From an uncultured Desulfosarcina sp. (GTDB lineage: Bacteria; Desulfobacterota; Desulfobacteria; Desulfobacterales; Desulfosarcinaceae), in the NCBI GenBank assembly GCA_963674945.2, contig CAXXWQ010000004.1, positions 1,664,001 to 1,728,000 of the forward strand: 64,000 bases of DNA. The letters run 5' to 3'. Positions 60,057 through 64,000 of the stretch are shown piece by piece. Each line of letters opens with the position of its first letter. Position 1 is the stretch's first letter. Made by a program: the position numbers and the translations under genes. Under the pieces are notes generated by a model. That model had not been told where the DNA came from and made no database searches. It saw only the letters and a program-made list of their open reading frames with translations.

Positions 60057-61301
60057 TTATCGCAACAATTCTCTTCTCAGGGTGTCCAGCGCCGCCATGG
60101 CAAACATCTGTTTTTTCATCGATCGTTTGCCCATGCGAAACAGCATCCGCTTGCCAAATGAGCATCTGGGACCGGCAAAACCGATACAGACGGTCCCCAC
60201 GGGTTTGTCCGCCGTTCCACCGCCGGGTCCTGCGATGCCGCTTGTGGCCAGTCCGTATGTGGCACCGCAGACCTCGCGAGCCCCCTCGGCCATTTCACGT
60301 GCCGTATCTTCGTGCACGGCACCGAAGCGTTCCAGGGTTTTCGGCTGGACGGCCAGCACATCCATTTTTGCCCGGTTGGCATAGGTAACCCCTGAGAAGA
60401 GAAAATAATCCGAACTTCCCGGGACATCGGTCAGCCAGTTGGCGATCAGTCCACCGGTGCAACTCTCCGCAAGGGCAAGCGTCGCCCCCTTTTGACGAAG
60501 CAGATTGCCCACGACGACTTCCATGCTCTCCCCCTTATGAGACAGGACATGATCGCCCAGCCGCGACACCACCCAGCGACCTGCCGCGTCAAGCAATTCG
60601 TCCAACCGTGCCCGATCCCCGGCGCGGCCGTACAATTTGACCTGTATTTGGGGAAAATTGGCGCGAAGTCCTAGTTTGATCCCCGGAAAGGCCGCTTCCA
60701 CGCCGGCCACTTTCTCGCCGGCAAGGGATTCGGGAAGACCGAAGGTGTTGATGGTCATCACCCGGCTGTGGGTCACCGCGTCCCCTTGCATGGCGAGCAA
60801 GGCTGGAATCACATGGGCGTCGAGCATCCGCTTCATCTCATGGGGAACGCCGGGCAAAAAGAAAAATCGGCACCGCCCGATGGTGATGGAAAAACCGGGG
60901 GCCGTACCCGCGTCATTGTCGAGAATCTCGCTCGTTTTGGGAAACAGGGCCTGTTTTCGATTGGATTCGGGCATGGGTCGCCCCATGTTTTCAAAAAAGC
61001 GGGATATGGATTCGTGGGCCCGGTCGCTGAAAACCAGCTCCTCGCCGGCAGCGGCTGCCGCCGCCTCGGCGGACAGGTCATCGGTGGTGGGTCCCAGACC
61101 ACCGGTCACCACCGCCGCATCGACGCGCCGACCGATCTCGAGGAAGGTCGCAGTCAATACCGACAGATCATCGCCGACACAGGTGTGTCGAGCCACTTCG
61201 ATCCCATTTTCCTCCAGCCGCAGGGCGATATGGGCCGAGTTGCTATCAACCAGTGCACCGGTGCGAAGCTCGTCACCCGTCGCCAGAATTTCCACTTTCA
61301 T
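60057..61301 (-). CDS. cinA: CinA / nicotinamide-mononucleotide deamidase-related protein
   Basis: ATGDEL, TGGLGPTTDD, LPGVPHEM, AESCTGG and SGIAGPGGG. Confidence 0.93.
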   Translation of the reverse strand: MKVEILATGDELRTGALVDSNSAHIALRLEENGIEVARHTCVGDDLSVLTATFLEIGRRVDAAVVTGGLGPTTDDLSAEAAAAAAGEELVFSDRAHESISRFFENMGRPMPESNRKQALFPKTSEILDNDAGTAPGFSITIGRCRFFFLPGVPHEMKRMLDAHVIPALLAMQGDAVTHSRVMTINTFGLPESLAGEKVAGVEAAFPGIKLGLRANFPQIQVKLYGRAGDRARLDELLDAAGRWVVSRLGDHVLSHKGESMEVVVGNLLRQKGATLALAESCTGGLIANWLTDVPGSSDYFLFSGVTYANRAKMDVLAVQPKTLERFGAVHEDTAREMAEGAREVCGATYGLATSGIAGPGGGTADKPVGTVCIGFAGPRCSFGKRMLFRMGKRSMKKQMFAMAALDTLRRELLR

Positions 61302-61481
61302 GAATCCGAACCTCTTTCCAGAAACACATACCCTCCTTCGTAAATGCGCTTTTCGAAGGAGATGGGCGGACAATGAAGAATAGCGTCACCAAGACGAGCG
61401 TGTCAACGGTCCATTATACTGCAGTTTGACTTTGTAAAGGAAGGCTTGTTGGACAACACCACTGGGCGAACAGGGGCGATC

Positions 61482-62535
61482 CTACTCGACTATCGGTGGA
61501 TCGACTTCGAGAAGACGCAGGGCCTTTTCGGGGGATCTGCACGGCGTCACCCGGTACCCCAACCGTTTGAGAATCTTGTCGACCATATCGACAATCATCT
61601 GCTCGTCATCAATGAACAGGATTCGTTCGCTTCCCGCTGAGATCCGTGCTTCCGGAAGGACATGGTCCTGTTCCGGCAGCGCGTCCACCAGTGGGAAAAA
61701 AAGTTCGAATTCGGCTCCCCTGCCCGGTGAACTGTTCATAGCGATACCGCCGCCATAGCTTTCCATGATCCCATGAAGCATGGACAACCCCATTCCGGTT
61801 CCCTTCCCCATTTCCTTGGTGGTGAAGTAGGGTTCGAAAATTCGACGTTTTGCCTCCTCCTGGATGCCGACCCCCGTATCCGCCACCACCACCTTCACAT
61901 AGCGGCCCGGAGCGATCGGGTGGATGACGCCTTGTAAAGGCTGTTCTACGGTCACGTTTTTCGACAGCACCGACAGGCGCCCCCCCCTCCTCTTCCATTG
62001 CGTGGCCGGCATTGGTAAGCAGATTGATCATGATCTGGTGAATTTGGGTGGCATCCGCCATGATCACGTCGTTTTCCAGGGAAAGGGTTTTCACGATGTC
62101 GATGTTTGCCGGAATCGTCGCCCGCAGCAGTTGTATCGCCTCTTCCATGATCGGAACCAGGTGAGTGGGGCCATTGCCTGATTGGCCCTGACATTTTGGA
62201 CCATCTCTGCCAATTGCGCCACCTCCCCGGGATGGCTCGTTAAATAGGCCCGGATATCCTGGACACCGGACTGCCTTAGTCGTGCCGCCGCCTGTTCAAC
62301 GGCCGAGAAATCTTGTATCACCAGTCCGATGGGGGAATCTTCGAAAAAAATCCGGTGAAACGCCTCGCTTTCGATCAGTTTTTTTCTGACTGTTTTCCGT
62401 GATCGGCGTGAAACGGAGCGTCATTCTGGCCAGGGCAGACTCGGCCTCGGCCCTTTTCTTTGACACCTGAATCAAAAGACCCAACAATCCGATTGTAACC
62501 ACCAATAGAAAGGCTATGAAAACATAGGATTCCAT
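61482..62535 (-). pseudogene. Decayed hybrid sensor histidine kinase
   Basis: TM/PAS-like start, N-box (INLLTNA), G1/F/G2 boxes and a truncated receiver are split across frames. No HisKA domain is visible. Confidence 0.75.
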
Positions 62536-62806
62536 AAGCTCTTACGATAGTAAATGGACGAAGCCTCGGGATATTCAAAAACAGGAGAGGAGAAACCAGC
62601 GCAATGGGGATAGGAAAACCAGTTTTTTAAAACACTTGCTTCTATTTTTTATAGACGAAGTGCGTCCTTTTGGCAACTAGGAAGCGTGAAATGTTATCTT
62701 TATACGGTGAAAAAGAAAGGATCCGACCACCGGCCGATCGCGACAGTGATATTGGGGGATCGGCCGGTGAGAGGGCATTGGAAGCCATCTAAAAAATGAA
62801 TACTGC

Positions 62807-63880
62807 CTACGCGTCGTCGTCTTGAATATACCGGGCCACAAGATCCCCGATTTCACTGGTGGATTTTCCCATTTTGCCCACGGACAGATCTCGTACATCG
62901 TTTGCCACCACTTTCATCACGGCGGATTCGATGCGGCGGGCGCCGGAATCTTCATTCAGATGCGCAAGCATCAGTTGGGCCGCCAGGATGCAGGCCAGTG
63001 GATTGATCATGTTCTTGCCGGTGTACTTGGGCGCCGAACCGCCGATGGGCTCGAACATGGATACCCCTTCGGGATTGATATTTCCACCGGCGGCGATTCC
63101 CAGTCCACCCTGAATGATGGCACCGATATCCGTAATGATATCCCCGAACATGTTGTCCGTCACGATAACATCGAACCATTCGGGATTCTTGATCATCCAC
63201 ATACTCGTCGCATCGACGTGGGCATAATCGGTCTCGATGTCTGGATACTCCTTGCCCACCTCGTAAAACACCCGTTCCCACATGTCGAAGGCGTAGGTCA
63301 ACACATTGGTTTTCCCGCACAGGGTCAGTTTCTTTCTTTTGTTGCGTTTCCGACAATAGTCGAATGCATAACGGATGCACCGTTCGACGCCCATGCGGGT
63401 ATTGATGGATTCTTGCACGGCAATCTCATGGGGAGTTCCCTTTCTTAGAAAACCACCCCCGCCCGCATAGAGACCTTCGGTATTTTCCCTTACGACGACG
63501 AAATCGATATCCTCGGGCCCCTTGTCCCTGAGCGGCGTCTGTACGCCGGGATACAGAATCACGGGCCGTAGGTTGATGTACTGGTCCAATTGAAAACGAA
63601 GGGTCAACAAAAGCCCTTTTTCCAATATTCCGGGTTTGACGTCCGGATGGCCGATGGCACCGAGCAAAATCGCATCGAAGCCGGTCAGTTCGTCGACGAT
63701 GCCCGGCGGAAGAATTTCCTTGGTCTTCAGGTAACGGTTGCCGCCGAGGTCAAAAGGTGTCATCTCCAGATCGAATGCCTCTTTTTCCGCCGTGGCAAAA
63801 AGTGTCTTCACCGCCTCGGCAACGACTTCCGGTCCGGTTCCATCACCTGGTAACAATGCGATCTTATATGTTTTTGCCAT
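62807..63880 (-). CDS. leuB: 3-isopropylmalate dehydrogenase
   Basis: PGDGTGPEV, NLRP, RENTEG, NMFGDII and EPIGGSAP. Confidence 0.92.
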   Translation of the reverse strand: MAKTYKIALLPGDGTGPEVVAEAVKTLFATAEKEAFDLEMTPFDLGGNRYLKTKEILPPGIVDELTGFDAILLGAIGHPDVKPGILEKGLLLTLRFQLDQYINLRPVILYPGVQTPLRDKGPEDIDFVVVRENTEGLYAGGGGFLRKGTPHEIAVQESINTRMGVERCIRYAFDYCRKRNKRKKLTLCGKTNVLTYAFDMWERVFYEVGKEYPDIETDYAHVDATSMWMIKNPEWFDVIVTDNMFGDIITDIGAIIQGGLGIAAGGNINPEGVSMFEPIGGSAPKYTGKNMINPLACILAAQLMLAHLNEDSGARRIESAVMKVVANDVRDLSVGKMGKSTSEIGDLVARYIQDDDA

Positions 63881-64000
63881 TTGGATCTCCTGTGTACGGG
63901 TTTGCGTTACAATTTTTGCTTTGCCATATACACGTATCGGTCGGATCGATAGTACATGTGCGTAATGGCAACGGGATGTTCTTTTTCTGTATAGTAAATG

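Overview
A 64-kb chromosomal window whose gene content and intergenic repeats suggest a sulfate-reducing Desulfobacterota member (Desulfosarcina-like; this is an inference). The backbone carries a glycogen cluster (debranching fusion enzyme, CBM48 protein, glgP, glgA, glgB, plus a degenerate second glgA), HU and DksA paralogs, tig-clpP-clpX-lon, four tRNAs, an amidase, transporters, an MCP, manC, cinA, a decayed hybrid kinase and leuB. Two tRNA-integrated elements are bounded by visible att repeats. (1) An ~11.3-kb island at tRNA-Asp (18767-30068) encodes Vsr, a C5 methyltransferase, an Eco29kI-type GIY-YIG endonuclease, an ArdC module, Xis, a tyrosine integrase and a 549-aa protein with minimal family-A DNA polymerase/T7-RNAP-like motifs. 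No primase, helicase, relaxase or capsid gene is recognisable, so it is a candidate pipolin analogue built on a PolA-type enzyme. (2) An ~9.8-kb PICI-like satellite at tRNA-Pro (37492-47329) encodes an integrase, AlpA, a Rep-like protein with iterons, an HNH nuclease, a cos-like site and an HK97 protease-major capsid fusion, but no portal or terminase, and carries HicBA and Abi-alpha cargo. All assignments come from reading motifs by eye; no database search was run.
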